A stretch of DNA of 64,000 nucleotides, from NCBI GenBank assembly GCA_002269645.1, contig NIVC01001432.1, positions 1 through 64,000 on the forward strand, read 5' to 3'. The notes beneath the pieces are model-generated. The model was not told where the DNA came from and did not search any database. It was given only the letters and a program-made list of their open reading frames with translations. Both the position numbers and the translations under genes were made by a program. Positions 1 through 12,312 of the stretch are shown here, piece by piece (the stretch's first letter is position 1; the number at the start of each line of letters is the position of its first letter). Source of the stretch: Macrostomum lignano (lineage: Eukaryota).

Positions 1-3000
1 CAACAGCCGCTGCAAAGACCAGAGACCTTGGAGACTGTCAAGGGACAGGTCTGACAGGCGGTTGGCGCTCAGGTCCAGGCTGCGCAGGCTGCTGTTGAGA
101 TGCCGGAACACCGCGGAGGCAGGTAGCTGAGCTGGTTAGAGTGGGACAGGTGCTCCAGCGAGGTCAGGCCTGCCGTTTGACAGTGAGATCGTCTGTTTAC
201 TTCGTGTATATACGGGTGTGGCTCACCGACAGGTATATATTTGCCTGTATATGACTCATCCATCCCTTGAAGCGGAACGCACCTAACGACTAACCCATTG
301 TCCTCACCCTATTTTATTACCCAATCACAGCATGCCTAGGGAGCTGACGTCACTCGGCTGCTAGGCAACGCAAGTCAATTTAAGGGCAGTTTAAGGGCGC
401 TCTGATCGCATATTTATACCAGAAATTGATGAGGACGCACTTTTTCCCAAATTCCACGCTAGCACATGGGCTCTAAACTTGCTAGCCTACTAACAGCAGG
501 TTATGGGTATTTTTCTCCATTTTTCGTAATTTTTCAGAATTCATACTAGTAGGACTTCTGTAGCTATATATATGAATCTGCCAGTTATAATAACATAGGC
601 GCGGTTTTTTGCTACCTTTGGGGTCATAAATCATTGCTTTTGAGCTGGTCTGACAGCAAACTCAGTGTTGAGACTGGCGCCAGATGGTCTGAGAGGATGC
701 GGGCGGTAGCTTTTTTCTCATCATTTTGACAGGCCATCAAGATTTATGAGTTCAGGGCCTATTTTTCGGGTTCACTCAAGCGTGTGACAGCTTTGACAGC
801 TATGCGTTTTACCCCTAAAAGTACGTTGGGATTAGCGATTAGCGATTTCTTTTCATTATCTTCACTTTCTGCTTAATAAGAGCTTTTTAATGTATATTTT
901 TTCATTAATTTTTGTCATTCCTACGCGAAAAGTAATAAATCATTTTGTTGCGATTTTGATTGATTTATGGCCGCACCGGTCATATTTTTACGACCCCGAG
1001 GGAACTGATAGGATCTCCCGGTCACGTGACTTTGGGTGGCAACAAGCTCAGCCAATCAGAAAATTCGACGCTCATTTTAACAAATCGGCTCAGCCAATCA
1101 GAATCGACGTGTTCCAATTTAACAAACTACGGTCCAGTTGGCGGCTATTTAAACCGCGGTGTTTTGGCCCGCTCGGACTAACTTTGCAACCCTTTGGGGA
1201 GACCGGCCAGGAACTTGCTCTCTCATTGGCCCGACCGTCGTTTCTTGATCCCCGATTGCGACTCCCCCATCATCATCAAGGACGAATTCCCCCGGTCATC
1301 AGCAGTGAACATCAAAGTGAAGAGCATCACCTGCTAGCTATCTGCGAAGGTTGTGACATCAGCATCATCCCGAGTCTACAGCTGCGAAGCACTAAGCCGA
1401 TTCGGTCACTGTGGATTACCTGGTCTCAGGCTGTTGAGTTTCTGATTGGTTGGGTGAGAGGCTACCTAGACTTGCTTGATTGGGTGATTCCCTATCTGTC
1501 CCCTGTTTCAGTTAGGATTAGGTGCACACTTTTGCTCATTTTGTTCAGTAGTTCTGTTACTGAGGCAGAAATCATTCAATAATACTGCTAGTAGTCTGAA
1601 GCTCCAATTTAATCTGAGGTGTGAAGTGATTCAAGGAGAAGGTGAAATCTGATAGATATTTTTATCGGTTTTATTTCTTTGTTCGCCGATGGCTCAGATG
1701 AGCGGCTAAGCTAGTAGGCGCCGGTCATAGTAGACCGATGACAAGGCAGTTCTCAGTCGATCAATCTATCAAATCAGTGAGCGAAACTGCCAGTAGTGCA
1801 GAATCGGCGCCAGAGATGTACTCTGTGCACTCTAGGTTAGCCAAGCGGCTCGGGTGATGAATCATGCGGTCTCTGATGTTCGAGTTAGCCTATCATCAGC
1901 GCTAGGAGAGGCTGGTTGGCGCGTTGAAGGCCAAAAGTACAATTCTTCGTATTTAGCAATGTTATAGTACATGTAGCTACCCCATAGTCTCGCCACTGCA
2001 AGAATCCCCTGCACAAGTCCCTCTGTACCTGCATGGCCAATGCGATCAAGTCCAGCAGTGTCCCTTATCATCGGCTATGACTTCAAGATTGACAGCAAAA
2101 AGACACTAGTTGGCAGGTAAGTGCAAAGCCCCTTCTAGTCGGAAGCCCGATTACGAAAGTTCCGGTTTGGTGAGCCAGGACGTACGGGCTGGTGGCAGCG
2201 AGCTAGCTAATCTGCGGATTAACTAATTTCTACCTTCAAAATTCTCCTTGCTTGTCTCTCGCTGTCCCTCTCTTAGCTATAGGACCTAGACTGCTCGCCA
2301 CATGATCAAGCTACCATGGGGCTGACCATCTGACAGGATTGGGGGCCAGGACTCTAATTGATTTATTTCTGAGACCTGAGGCTTCCCCACAAGGGGGCCG
2401 AAAGGCCGAAACCCATCAAAATCCTGTCCTGACAGTTCTTACTGAATGCAGTACAGATTAAGCCTGATGAAGCATGGCTCGTGTAGTGTAGTAAGTACAC
2501 GATCGAATTGCTATCACAGTATAGGACATCGCCTACTACTGAAGAGTAGCAATAATCCGAAGCGAATAACGTTCGCGTGGGCATGTGCATTCCCGCTATA
2601 AGTTAAAGAGAGCTTCGAACGGGTGTTGTCCACAAGAGTGAGGCCCTGCAGAGCTTAACGGTTTTAACTTTGGCTGTCAAATTGTCTTGGGACTCGTTTT
2701 GTATCCTTTTACAGCAGGGGTCAGCAAAGTCCTTTAAAACCTCACAATAGAAATCCGGCAAGCTCTCCTTAGCTCTCTTCTCTCCTCTCATCTAGCCCGC
2801 AGTCATACACTGGATTCTCTATACTGGCCTTCGGTGTGAAAAGTTATCCGACAACTGTATTACAGCCTTCAATCAATGCAGCCATGCATGTACGACTCTT
2901 TACCCCAGAATGCCTCAGCCGACAGCCGCTCCAGCAGGTTGGCGCCCAGGTCAAGCCGGGTCAAACTCTGGCAGCACCTCCGTCCGATGCCGCCTGCCGC

Positions 3001-3455
3001 CCATCATCAACGGTTGTCAGGCTTCGAATCCGATTGCCATCCAGCCGCAAATCCGTGAGCCCAGCAGCCCAGGTGAACCATCCAGTGCCAATGAGCTCAA
3101 AGCGATTCCCGGAGAGTCGCAGGTCAGTCAGAGCAGACCACTGCAAGCCCGCAGTTGAGACGTCAAAGTTTGTCAAACCGCAGTGCACAGCGTCAAGTCT
3201 TCGTACCCGAGGAAACGAGCTGGCTAGGAAAGCCACATCCAGGCTAGCCAGGCCTCTGTTATACGACACGTCCAGCCTGTCCAGAGCGGCCAGCCGTTCG
3301 GCAGTTGCTGGCAGATCAATCTCAGCAGCTAGATGAACTAAACCAGCGTGCAAGCACTCGTAGATGTGCCCGTTGCGGTATTGGCAGGCCAGAGCCCTGC
3401 TAAGGCTTCGCTGTTGCAACAGCAGCAATACCAGCAGAGTCCTCAGGAGCTGCAT
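1..3455 (-). CDS. Signal-peptide leucine-rich-repeat protein, two exons visible (3455-2904; 169 to window edge), with apparent 1-nt frameshifts
   Basis: Hydrophobic N-terminus MQLLRTLLVLLLLQQ. LxxLxLxxN repeats (LDRLDVSYNR, LTDLRLSGNRF, LTDLRLDGNRI). After a frame change near 2975 it reads CQSLTRLDLGANLLERLSAEAFW, then GT at 2903. Phase-matched AG at 171-170 gives G-LTSLEHL; after another shift near 115 it reads VFRHLNSSLRSLDLSANRLSDLSLDSLQGLWSLQRLL. Confidence 0.8.
1021..1153 (+). promoter_or_regulatory. Compact Pol II promoter-like cluster inside the LRR intron
   Basis: GTCACGTGAC E-box at 1021, two AGCCAATCAG CCAAT boxes at 1050 and 1092, TATTTAAA at 1146. A second cluster (CCAAT 321, TGACGTCA 345) lies upstream. 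Confidence 0.45.
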
Positions 3456-4429
3456 TTCTGTACCTAATGGACGTGTTTCGGTGCTTGGCTGTGCTGCCTA
3501 GCCTAATATACTCAGACAGAAGACTCCAGTCCATCCAAAATGCAATTTGCTCAACTCGAGACCAAAAGCAAATTTGCTCCGACATCGGGGGCAGGACTTA
3601 GCTTTATAGCGAGCAGATCGATGTTTTCTACTCTTCATCTCGATCGTTAATGACTGATCGCATTACCATCTTACAAAGAGATTCTGACCAACATGGGGCC
3701 TGCCGGTTCAGCTGACGGTTCTCTAGGTCTCCATGCAACAGATAAATTCACTTCTAAAAGCAGACGTTTCGGCTTCTTCTGTTGAACTAAATCTTCGACA
3801 TTATCTTTAAACTCAATTTCCTATACCCATATGCAATTACAATTTGGAAGCTTGGCCTTGAGTACAGAGAGCAGCTCAGTGGTGCGTGCGATTCACAACG
3901 AAGACGGCGAGGAGGGCCTGCGTGTCTTGTGTACAGTATGTGCTCAGAAGCGAGTCAGCCGAATGGGCAGAATTGCCTCAGGGATCACGTGTTGCGCAAG
4001 GGTGCCCCACAGCCCTCCAAATCTTCAAAGTCCATGTTAAGATCATTATTGTTTGTTTAACTACAGCTAAAAATTAGATATTCGCTATTCGAAAAGTTAA
4101 AACTTAAAAATCAGTCAAACTAAGAGAGTAAACACTTTAAATTTAACATTTCAATTAGCCATATTTATATGGACGTCCAAAACTTATTATTACTCTTAAA
4201 TAACTTTAGTACTTAAAAAAACATATTATAGAACATCCAGCAGTTGTTTTGATTACGAACCGTGGCTCAGGCAGTAGAAAAAGACTCAAACAATGTCACC
4301 GAAAAGAGGTAATTTACTTTTTCACTCTTTTAAGTTGAGACAAAAATATTAATCGTTTAAACTAGAACAGAAAAAACTGAATGAAAAATACATTGAAAAA
4401 TAGAGCTATTTATCGAAGCAACAGAAGCG

Positions 4430-5615
4430 ATTTTGACGGGCGATTTTTTGGACATGATGATTTTTGATGGGCGATTTTTCTGAGCATGATTACTTTTAAT
4501 GGGCGATTTTTCTGAACTTGATTTTTGATGGGCGATTTTTCTGAACTTGATTTTTGATGGGCGATTTTTCTGAACTTGATAATTTTTGATGGGCGATTTT
4601 TCTGAACTTGATGATTTTTGATGGGCGATTTTTCTGAACTTGATAATTTTTGATGGGCGATTTTTCTGAACTTGATGATTTTTGATGGGCGATTTTTCTG
4701 AACTTGATAATTTTTAATGGGCGATTTTTCTGAACTTGATGATTTTTGATGGGCGATTTTTCTGAACTTGATAATTTTTGATGGGCGATTTTTCTGAACT
4801 TGATGATTTTTGATGGGCGATTTTTCTGAACTTGATAATTTTTGATGGGCGATTTTTCTGAACTTGATGATTTTTGATGGGCGATTTTTCTGAGCATGAT
4901 TACTTTTGATGGGCGATTTTTCTGAACTTGATTTTTGATGGGCGATTTTTCTGAACTTGATAATTTTTGATGGGCGATTTTTCTGAACTTGATGATTTTT
5001 GATGGGCGATTTTTCTGAGCATGATTACTTTTGATGGGCGATTTTTCTGAACTTGATTTTTGATGGGCGATTTTTCTGAACTTGATAATTTTTGATGGGC
5101 GATTTTTCTGAACTTGATGATTTTTGATGGGCGATTTTTCTGAACTTGATGATTTTTGATGGGCGATTTTTCTGAACTTGATAATTTTTGATGGGCGATT
5201 TTTCTGAACTTGATGATTTTTGATGGGCGATTTTTCTGAACTTGATAATTTTTGATGGGCGATTTTTCTGAACTTGATAATTTTTGATGGGCGATTTTTC
5301 TGAACTTGATGATTTTTGATGGGCGATTTTTCTGAACTTGATGATTTTTGATGGGCGATTTTTCTGAACTTGATGATTTTTTATGGGAGATTTTTGTGAG
5401 CATGATGATTTTTCACAGGTGATTTTCTCAGCATGATGATTTTTGACAGGCGATTTTCTCAACATGATGATTTTTGACAGGCGATTTTTTTGCATGAGCA
5501 TGATGATTTTTGACAGGCGATTCTCTCAGCATGATGATTTTTGACAGGCGATTCTCTCAGCATGATGATTTTTGACAGGCGATTCTCTCAGCATGATGAT
5601 TTTTGACAGGCGATT
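4430..5615. repeat. Minisatellite, 32-bp unit (29-bp variants), grading into a 31-bp related unit
   Basis: Unit GCGATTTTTCTGAACTTGATAATTTTTGATGG; from about 5400 the unit is TTCTCTCAGCATGATGATTTTTGACAGGCGA. Explains ORFs 4496-5501. Confidence 0.97.
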
Positions 5616-6133
5616 TTTGAGGTTTGACGTTTTTCGATGGAAAAATTTTCAAGGCCTTTTTGTCAATTTTTTAATTTAACAAGAAAGTTTATCTTTGCTT
5701 AAGTAAAGGTTACTAAAAACTTCTTTCATGACTCAAAGCGTTAGTCGCCTAGTCGGGATGAAAAATAATAATAAATCAAGCTGAATTTAAACAACATGTC
5801 TAAACAGATCGGCCGTCTGATCGTTGATTCATTCACCGCCTCCGCCAGCTGATGGCGAAGAGGCCCGAACCCATTTTGGGGCGGCGGCAGCAGCGGCAGA
5901 CGAAGCCGACGCACCGGCACCGGCTACCCGCTGCTGGCTCCCGCCACCAGAAAACTTTTGCCGATTTCTTTCCATCCATCGAGCGGCTTTCTGCGACTTT
6001 TTCGACTCCGGATTCCTGGCCCGGGGCCGCCGCCCTCTCCGCCGCCGCCGCCGCCGCCTCTTCGACCACCTCGCCGACCGCCTCGCCCACGATGACTGCC
6101 CCTGCCGGTGCCTCGACCCCGATCTGGGTAATT

Positions 6134-9100
6134 TCAAGAGAACTCGCTCTGCTGCCGCTGCTGGTCGAGCTTCAACTCAGACGAGTCTCTCGACCCGAAC
6201 CGGATGCCCTGTTTATCAACCTCATCGACAATTCTGGGATCGAACAGGGCCGGTACTCGCCGGTCGCGCCAGTGCGGATGGCTGAGCAGCACCGTGTCGA
6301 TGGGTCGCCAATCTGGCGGCGGCAGGGCCAAAGCCGACGGCGGATTGGGCGGCATGGACAGCAGGTGCTCGCGGCAGGAGGCCTCGGACAGCATCAGGCG
6401 GCAGGCCGGGTCGCCAGGTGACCGGCGGAGCAGCAGGCGGACGCCGGCGGGGAAGCCGCCGACAGTCACTCGCAGCCGTTCGATGGCATTGGCCAGCGTG
6501 TTGAAGGCCACCAGCCCGCCGGGCAGCAGGCCGGAGCCGGCCGCCTCCTCTGCTAAATCGTCCGGCGATAGAAACTCGTACAGCAGAACTCGGCCGTCGA
6601 ATACGTTGCATCGAGTCCTTAGCAACGGGGTGTCGCCGCCGGTTGCTAGGCAAGCCAGCCAATCCCGACAGGATTGCAGCGGCGAAGGCGCCTCGCAGCC
6701 GAAGTAGGGCTGGCGCTCCAGCTGGACGCGCAGATGGCATGGGGTTGCTGATTGACAATATTTGGCGTGCCCACTGGCTGCCGATGGACGGGGCGCGAAC
6801 CCGCGACCTACCGAATCGAACAGTCGTTTAGCAGTCTGATGCGGCAGGATAAAGGGTCGGCGAGACCGAACTAGCAGTCGATGGCGACCGATCTGCAATA
6901 CGCTGTAGATCAGAGCTGGGCCGCTTGCTGCTGCTGTTACCGCTGCTGCGGTGGCAGCTGATGAAGTCTCAGCGCCAGCATCTTCGTCATTCGATGAATC
7001 AGTGGCGTTGCTGCATTAAGAGAAACAGAGGTTTGTTACATATAATATATATTACATATGTTTGAAGTGAGGTGTCCTGATAGTGAAATTCTCGAACTTG
7101 CGATCGGCTGAGTGTCTGGTTTGTGAATTGTATATGTTTTTTTGAATTGTCTATGGTTTGTGAAGTGTCTATGGTCTGTGAATTGTCTATGGTCTGTGAA
7201 TTGTCTATGGTTTGTGAAGTGTCTATGGTTTGTGAAGTGTCTATGGTCTGTGAATTGTCTATGGTCTGTGAATTGTCTATGGTTTGTGAAGTGTCTATGG
7301 TCTGTGAAATGTCTATGGTCTGTGAATTGTCTATGGTTTGTGAAGTGTCTATGGTTTGTGAAGTGTCTATGGTCTGTGAATTGTCTATGGTCTGTGAATT
7401 GTCTATGGTTTGTGAAGTGTCTATGGTCTGTGAATTGTCTATGGTCTGTGAATTGTCTATGGTTTGTGAAGTGTCTATGGTTTGTGAAGTGTCTATGGTC
7501 TGTGAATTGTCTATGGTCTGTGAATTGTCTATGGTTTGTGAAGTGTCTATGGTCTGTGAATTGTCTATGGTCTGTGAATTGTCTATGGTCTGTGAATTGT
7601 TTTTGGTTTGTGAAGTGTCTATGGTTTGTGAAGTGTCCAGTTAGTGAAGTGTCCAGTTAGTGAAGTGTCCAGTTAGTGAAGTGTCCAGTTTGTGAAGTGT
7701 CCAGTATGTGAAGCGCTACCTACCCATCGCAGTCACCCACAGCGGTGCCAAAAGTTTCCAGCAGAGCCAGATTATCAGTGTCCTCAGCATCCGGACTGAT
7801 TTTCTGCCTCTTCTCCGCCGGCTGCTCCTGTTGCTGCTTCTTAATCTGCTTTTGGCTTTTATTAGCTTTAGTAAACTTGAGCCTAGCCCTCATCTGAGCC
7901 AGCTTAGCCTGTATGTCAGCTGCAGACACCCCAGCGGCATTAAAGTGCGGCAGTGTGTTGTCAATGCAGAGCAGCCACTGCCCATTGCCAGCGTCAAACT
8001 TGTCATGCGGCTCCTCCATCAGGGCGGGCATCTCCCAGCCAGCCTCGCAGACTCTATCAAGCAGCATGCGCTTCAGAGTGCCGCAGCTCAGCACCAGGTG
8101 ACAATCATGCCGTCTGGCCAGCTTCTTAGCAAAATCGTCTTCACTGATAGGACACGGTTTCCAATGCAGCTGGTAGCCAGAGTTGTCAGCTGTCTGATTT
8201 GGGAAATTGTCAGCCAAATGTTCGATGCCAATAGTGACGCTGGGACAGTTGGATTGGCTGATCTGATGAGGATTCAGCAGCATTCGATGGCCCTGCAAAA
8301 ATGTAGACTTCGTTATAGCTGTATGCGGCATTTTATATGGCTGGGCCAATGGCCAGAACCAACTGCAGAGGCTTTGCTGCCCATTCCGCCGACTCCCCTG
8401 AGCAGGCCCACAAGCGCGCGGATATGTACGCAGTCATACGCACAGGCACACACTCACACAGGAGTGTACAGCGGTCCTAACTTTATTTATCGTTAGGCAT
8501 GTACACCACTGTGCCTTGGAGGTTGGCCCTCAAGGGCGTTGATTTAGAATCGAGTCTGTTTACTAACCGCAGCGGTATCTGCTTAACTTCTTAACAACAA
8601 TAAAACTTACCCGTCGAGCCACCACTTGCTCAAGTTTAATATTCAATTTCACGGCCTCATCGCTGGTGGTGGCCCAGCAGTCGATATCGCCGTTCTGTCT
8701 GGGCACCATGGACACGCTGTCTAGGGTTCTGTAGTAGTCTGGATAGCGGCTTCTGCGGTGGCTGAGGGTGCGCTGCAGACACTGAAATATTCAAGATCAG
8801 GTCAAGTTATGAACAACAAAATTAGGTTGGCACCCATCTGCACTCAGCAACAGCAAAACTACCCTTAACTGATGCTGACAGAATAAAAGCAGGGGCGCCA
8901 GCACCAGGGGCTTTAGCACCAAGGGGCTTTAGCACCAAGGAGCTTTAGCACCAGGAGCTTTAGCACCAGGGGCTTTAGCACCAAGGAGCTTTAGCACCAA
9001 GGGCTTTAGCACCAGGTTCGCCAGTAGCAGGGAAATTTCTTTAAATCTATTCAAGACAGACGACTTACATTAAAATAAGCCTTGTCCTCATCCGGCAGCA

Positions 9101-12100
9101 CGCATGTTGTGAAACTTGGAAAGTGCTTGTGAGCCTCTTCTGCGTACTTTTGAAACAGCGCTTGCTCTTTTCGCACTTTGGGCGACAGGAGCTGCAGTGT
9201 TTGAATGTGTGGGAGATTTTAATTATTTTCGGATTTCAAAGAATTGCCTGTTCCAATTATGTTTTGCAAAATCGTTCGTGGGCCTTTAAAGTAGTGGGCT
9301 AAATCTAAATGCTAAAAATACTGTATATAGAAGTAGAAAGGGGGAGCAGCTACAGAGGGGGGCGCAGCTACAGAGGGGCGCCAGCTACAGAGGGGCGCCA
9401 GCTACAGAGGGGCGCAAGCTACAGAAGGGCGCCAGCTACAGAAGGGGCACCAGCTACAGAAGGGGCGCCAGCTACAGAGGGAGCGCCAGCTACAGAAGGG
9501 GCGCCAGCTACAGAAGGGGCGCCAGCTACAGAGTGGGTGCCAGCTACAGAGCAGAGGGGGGCGCCAGCTACAGAGGGGGCGCCAGCTACAGAGCGGGCGC
9601 CAGCTACAGAAGGGGCGCCAGCTACAGAAGGGGCGCCAGCTACAGAAGGGGCGCCAGCTACAGAGTGGGTGCCAGCTACAGAGCAGAGGGGGGCGCCAGC
9701 TACAGAGGGGGCGCCAGCTACAGAGCGGGCGCCAGCTACAGAGCGGGTGCCAGCTACAGAACAGAGGGGCGCCAGCTACAGAACGGAGGGGCGCCAGCTA
9801 CAGAACGGAGGGGCGCCAGCTAAAGAGGGGGCGCCAGCTACAGAAAAGATGTGGGCGCAAGCTACAGAATTGGGCGCCAGCTACAGAGGGGCGCCAGCTA
9901 CAGAAGGGGGCGCCAGCTACAGAGGGGCGCCAGCTACAGAAGGGGCGCCAGCTACAGATGGGGCGCCAGCTACAGAAGGGGCGCCAGCTACAAAGGGGGC
10001 GCCGGCTACAGAGGGGGCGCCAGCTACAGAAGGGGCGCCAGCTACAGAACAGATGTGGGCGCCAGCTACAGATGTGGGCGCCAGCTACAGAGGGGGGCGC
10101 CGGCTACAGACGGGGCGCCAGCTACAGAACAGAGGGGGGCGCCAGCTACAGAACGGAGGGGCGCCAGCTACAGAGGGGGCGCCAGCTACAGAAGGGGCGC
10201 CAGCTACAGATGTGGGCGCCAGCTACAGACGGGGGGCCAGCTACAGACGGGGGGCCAGCTACAGAAGGTATAGAGGGGCACTTAGTGAAAGATCGGCCAT
10301 ATCAACTGCTGTATCAATACACAATTTAAACTGATCGCACACAATAAAAGTGCAAAAGCGCCACTCTCACCCGATAAATTTCCAAATCTGCCTCGATAAC
10401 ATTTGGTCCAAGCGTGCGTTTTTCATTTATAGTGGCACTACTACTGGCCGCACCATCAGTAGCAGTAGTATGCGTAGTTTTGTCAGTCTCAGTTATCTCA
10501 GCAATAGCGATGGCATATCGCCAACGCATGGACATCAGACGGCTGAATTGCTGACTCTCCGATAAAGTGAGGACAGATTTTTTAGGAAACGGATGCTGAA
10601 ATTTGATGTTTCGCCGCTGGTACATTGCCTGCCTCTCGGTTGGAATCTCGGCTGCGGAAGTGGCACCGGAAGTGCCTGATTGAGAGCTAGCAGATGCTGC
10701 AGTTTGCGGAGTTCTAGAATTACAAATAATAATAATTGATTACACCTGCCCATGTGCAACCGACAGCTCAGCCGCAGCTATTTCTGGACTTGGGAGGGGG
10801 TCGCCACACACAGCCTCAATTACCCCAGCTAATGCTGGCACCCATTTTACAGCTGAGTGAACTGAAGCAATGCAGAGTTAAATGTCTTGCCCAATGATAC
10901 AAATTGTTCCGGTGCGATAGGGAATCGAACCCCTGACTTCCAAGTGGCGAGTCCGACGCTCTAACCATTAGACTACAAAATCACAGTCAGGCTTCAGTCA
11001 GGCGTGTACACTCCCATGTACGTCCCACTAAATGGCTTGGGTTTACGATTGTTTACGATGGTTTATGATGGTTTATGATGGTTTACGATGGTTTACGATG
11101 GTTTATGATGGATTACGATGGCTTACGATGGTTTACGATGGTTTATGATGGTTTATGATGATTTACGATGGTTTATGATGATTTACGATGGTTTACGATG
11201 GTTTATGACGGTTTAAGATGGTTTATGATGGTCTATGATAGTTTACGATGGTTCACGATGATTTATGATGATTTATGATGGTTTATGACGGTTTATGATG
11301 GTTTACGATGGTTTATGACGGTTTATGATGGTTTACGATGGTTTATGATGGTTTATGGTGGTTTATGATGGTTTACGATGGTTTATGATGGTTTATGATG
11401 ATTTACGATGGTTTATGATGATTTACGATGGTTTACGATGGTTTATGACGGTTTAAGATGGTTTATGATGGTCTATGATAGTTTACGATGGTTCACGATG
11501 ATTTATGATGATTTATGATGGTTTATGACGGTTTATGATGGTTTACGATGGTTTATGACGGTTTATGATGGTTTACGATGGTTTATGATGGTTTATGGTG
11601 GTTTATGATGGTTTACGATGGTTTATGATGGTTTATGGTGGTTTACGATGGTTTATGACGGTTTAAGATGGTTTATGATGGTCTATGATAGTTTACGATG
11701 GTTCACGATGATTTATGATGATTTATGATGGTTTATGACGGTTTATGATGGTTTACGATGGTTTATGGTGGTTTACGATGGTTTACGAAGGTTTATGATG
11801 GTTTATCAAACTCACCCAGATGACTTTCGCTTTCTCGATTTTGGCAAGCAAGCACTCTGCTGAGAAGGCTTCGGAGGCGCAGACGACACAGCTGCTGGCA
11901 ATTTAGAAATATTCGAAGGCTCGTCAGCAAGTAGTACAGTCTTTGTTGGCTTATTATTAGCCAATGTCTTTGTTATAGTTGTAGTATCATCACGCTTCGT
12001 CCTATTAAAAGATTTGCTAGCCTGCAAAGTCGGCCTAGTCTTTGTGCGGACAAACTGACTGTCATCATCTGGTGAGCCTGCAGCGGGTTCAACAGGCTCG

Positions 12101-12312
12101 ACTTTCAATTGCGGCTCAGAAGCTTTCGTGGACACCTCTTGCGACTTCTCAGCCTCTTTAGAGATACCTGCAGCTTCATCTGTGCCAGCCTCTTGCTTTA
12201 TCTGAGCCGAAGTGCCAAACGTTTCTTCCAGATGTTTCCAATGACTTTCAAAGTCAAATGTTTGCATAAATCTGTCAAGCTCCTCATCAGCGCCCGTATC
12301 TTTGTTAGCCAT
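6134..12312 (-). CDS. ICE2: Little elongation complex subunit 2 (ICE2/NARG2) orthologue; exons 12312-11816, 10713-10371, 9191-9069, 8781-8611, 8397-7724, 7010-6134
   Basis: All five introns are GT-AG with matching phases (2,0,0,0,2). Peptides match motifs I recall from ICE2: HPFPKKSVLTLSESQQF, KVRKEQALFQKY, RSRYPDYY..KLNIKLEQ, CPISEDDFAKKLARRHDCHLVLS..WEMP..CIDNTLP, and NARG2_C-like LIYSVLQIGRHRLLVR..VQLERQPYFGCEA..CRDWL..RCNVFDGRVLLYE..VPALFDP. Not confirmed by search. Confidence 0.85.
7120..7705. repeat. 18-bp minisatellite with 16-bp tail, in ICE2 intron 5
   Basis: TGTGAA(T/G)TGTCTATGGT(C/T) tandem, then GTGAAGTGTCCAGTTA. Confidence 0.97.
8891..9016. repeat. Short 15-16-bp tandem in ICE2 intron 3; reverse complement of the 22.3-23.5 kb family
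   Basis: GGGGCTTTAGCACCA(A) units equal the reverse complement of GGTGCTAAAGCCCCT. Confidence 0.9.
9340..10265. repeat. ~18-bp GC-rich minisatellite in ICE2 intron 2
   Basis: AGGGGCGCCAGCTACAGA with length variants. Explains the GAPATE/GASYR ORFs. Confidence 0.97.
10752..10976 (-). mobile_element. tRNA-derived SINE with CORE-like central domain
   Basis: Minus strand: box A TAGTCTAATGG (10975-10965), box B GGTTCGATTCC (10931-10921), then TTGGGCAAGACATTTAAC..CAGCTGTAAAATGGG, resembling MIR/CORE-type SINE cores. Second copy at 23983-24170. Confidence 0.8.
11040..11806. repeat. 10-bp minisatellite with 240-bp higher-order repeat, ICE2 intron 1
   Basis: GTTTA(T/C)GATG units; 11161-11340 is identical to 11401-11580. 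Confidence 0.97.

Noticed and set aside
4496-5501. K/R-rich ORFs in the 32-bp array
   Set aside because: Frame-cycling translations of a tandem repeat; no start context or splice support.
7123-7660. MVCELS and VNCLWS ORFs
   Set aside because: Translations of the 18-bp intronic repeat of ICE2.
7708-8496. 262-aa plus-strand ORF
   Set aside because: Antisense shadow of ICE2 exon 5.
9309-10334. GAPATE-repeat protein
   Set aside because: Lies in an ICE2 intron on the opposite strand and is fully explained by the 18-bp repeat.
10900-10976. tRNA gene
   Set aside because: The A and B boxes continue into a SINE body with a second dispersed copy; no full cloverleaf or terminator.
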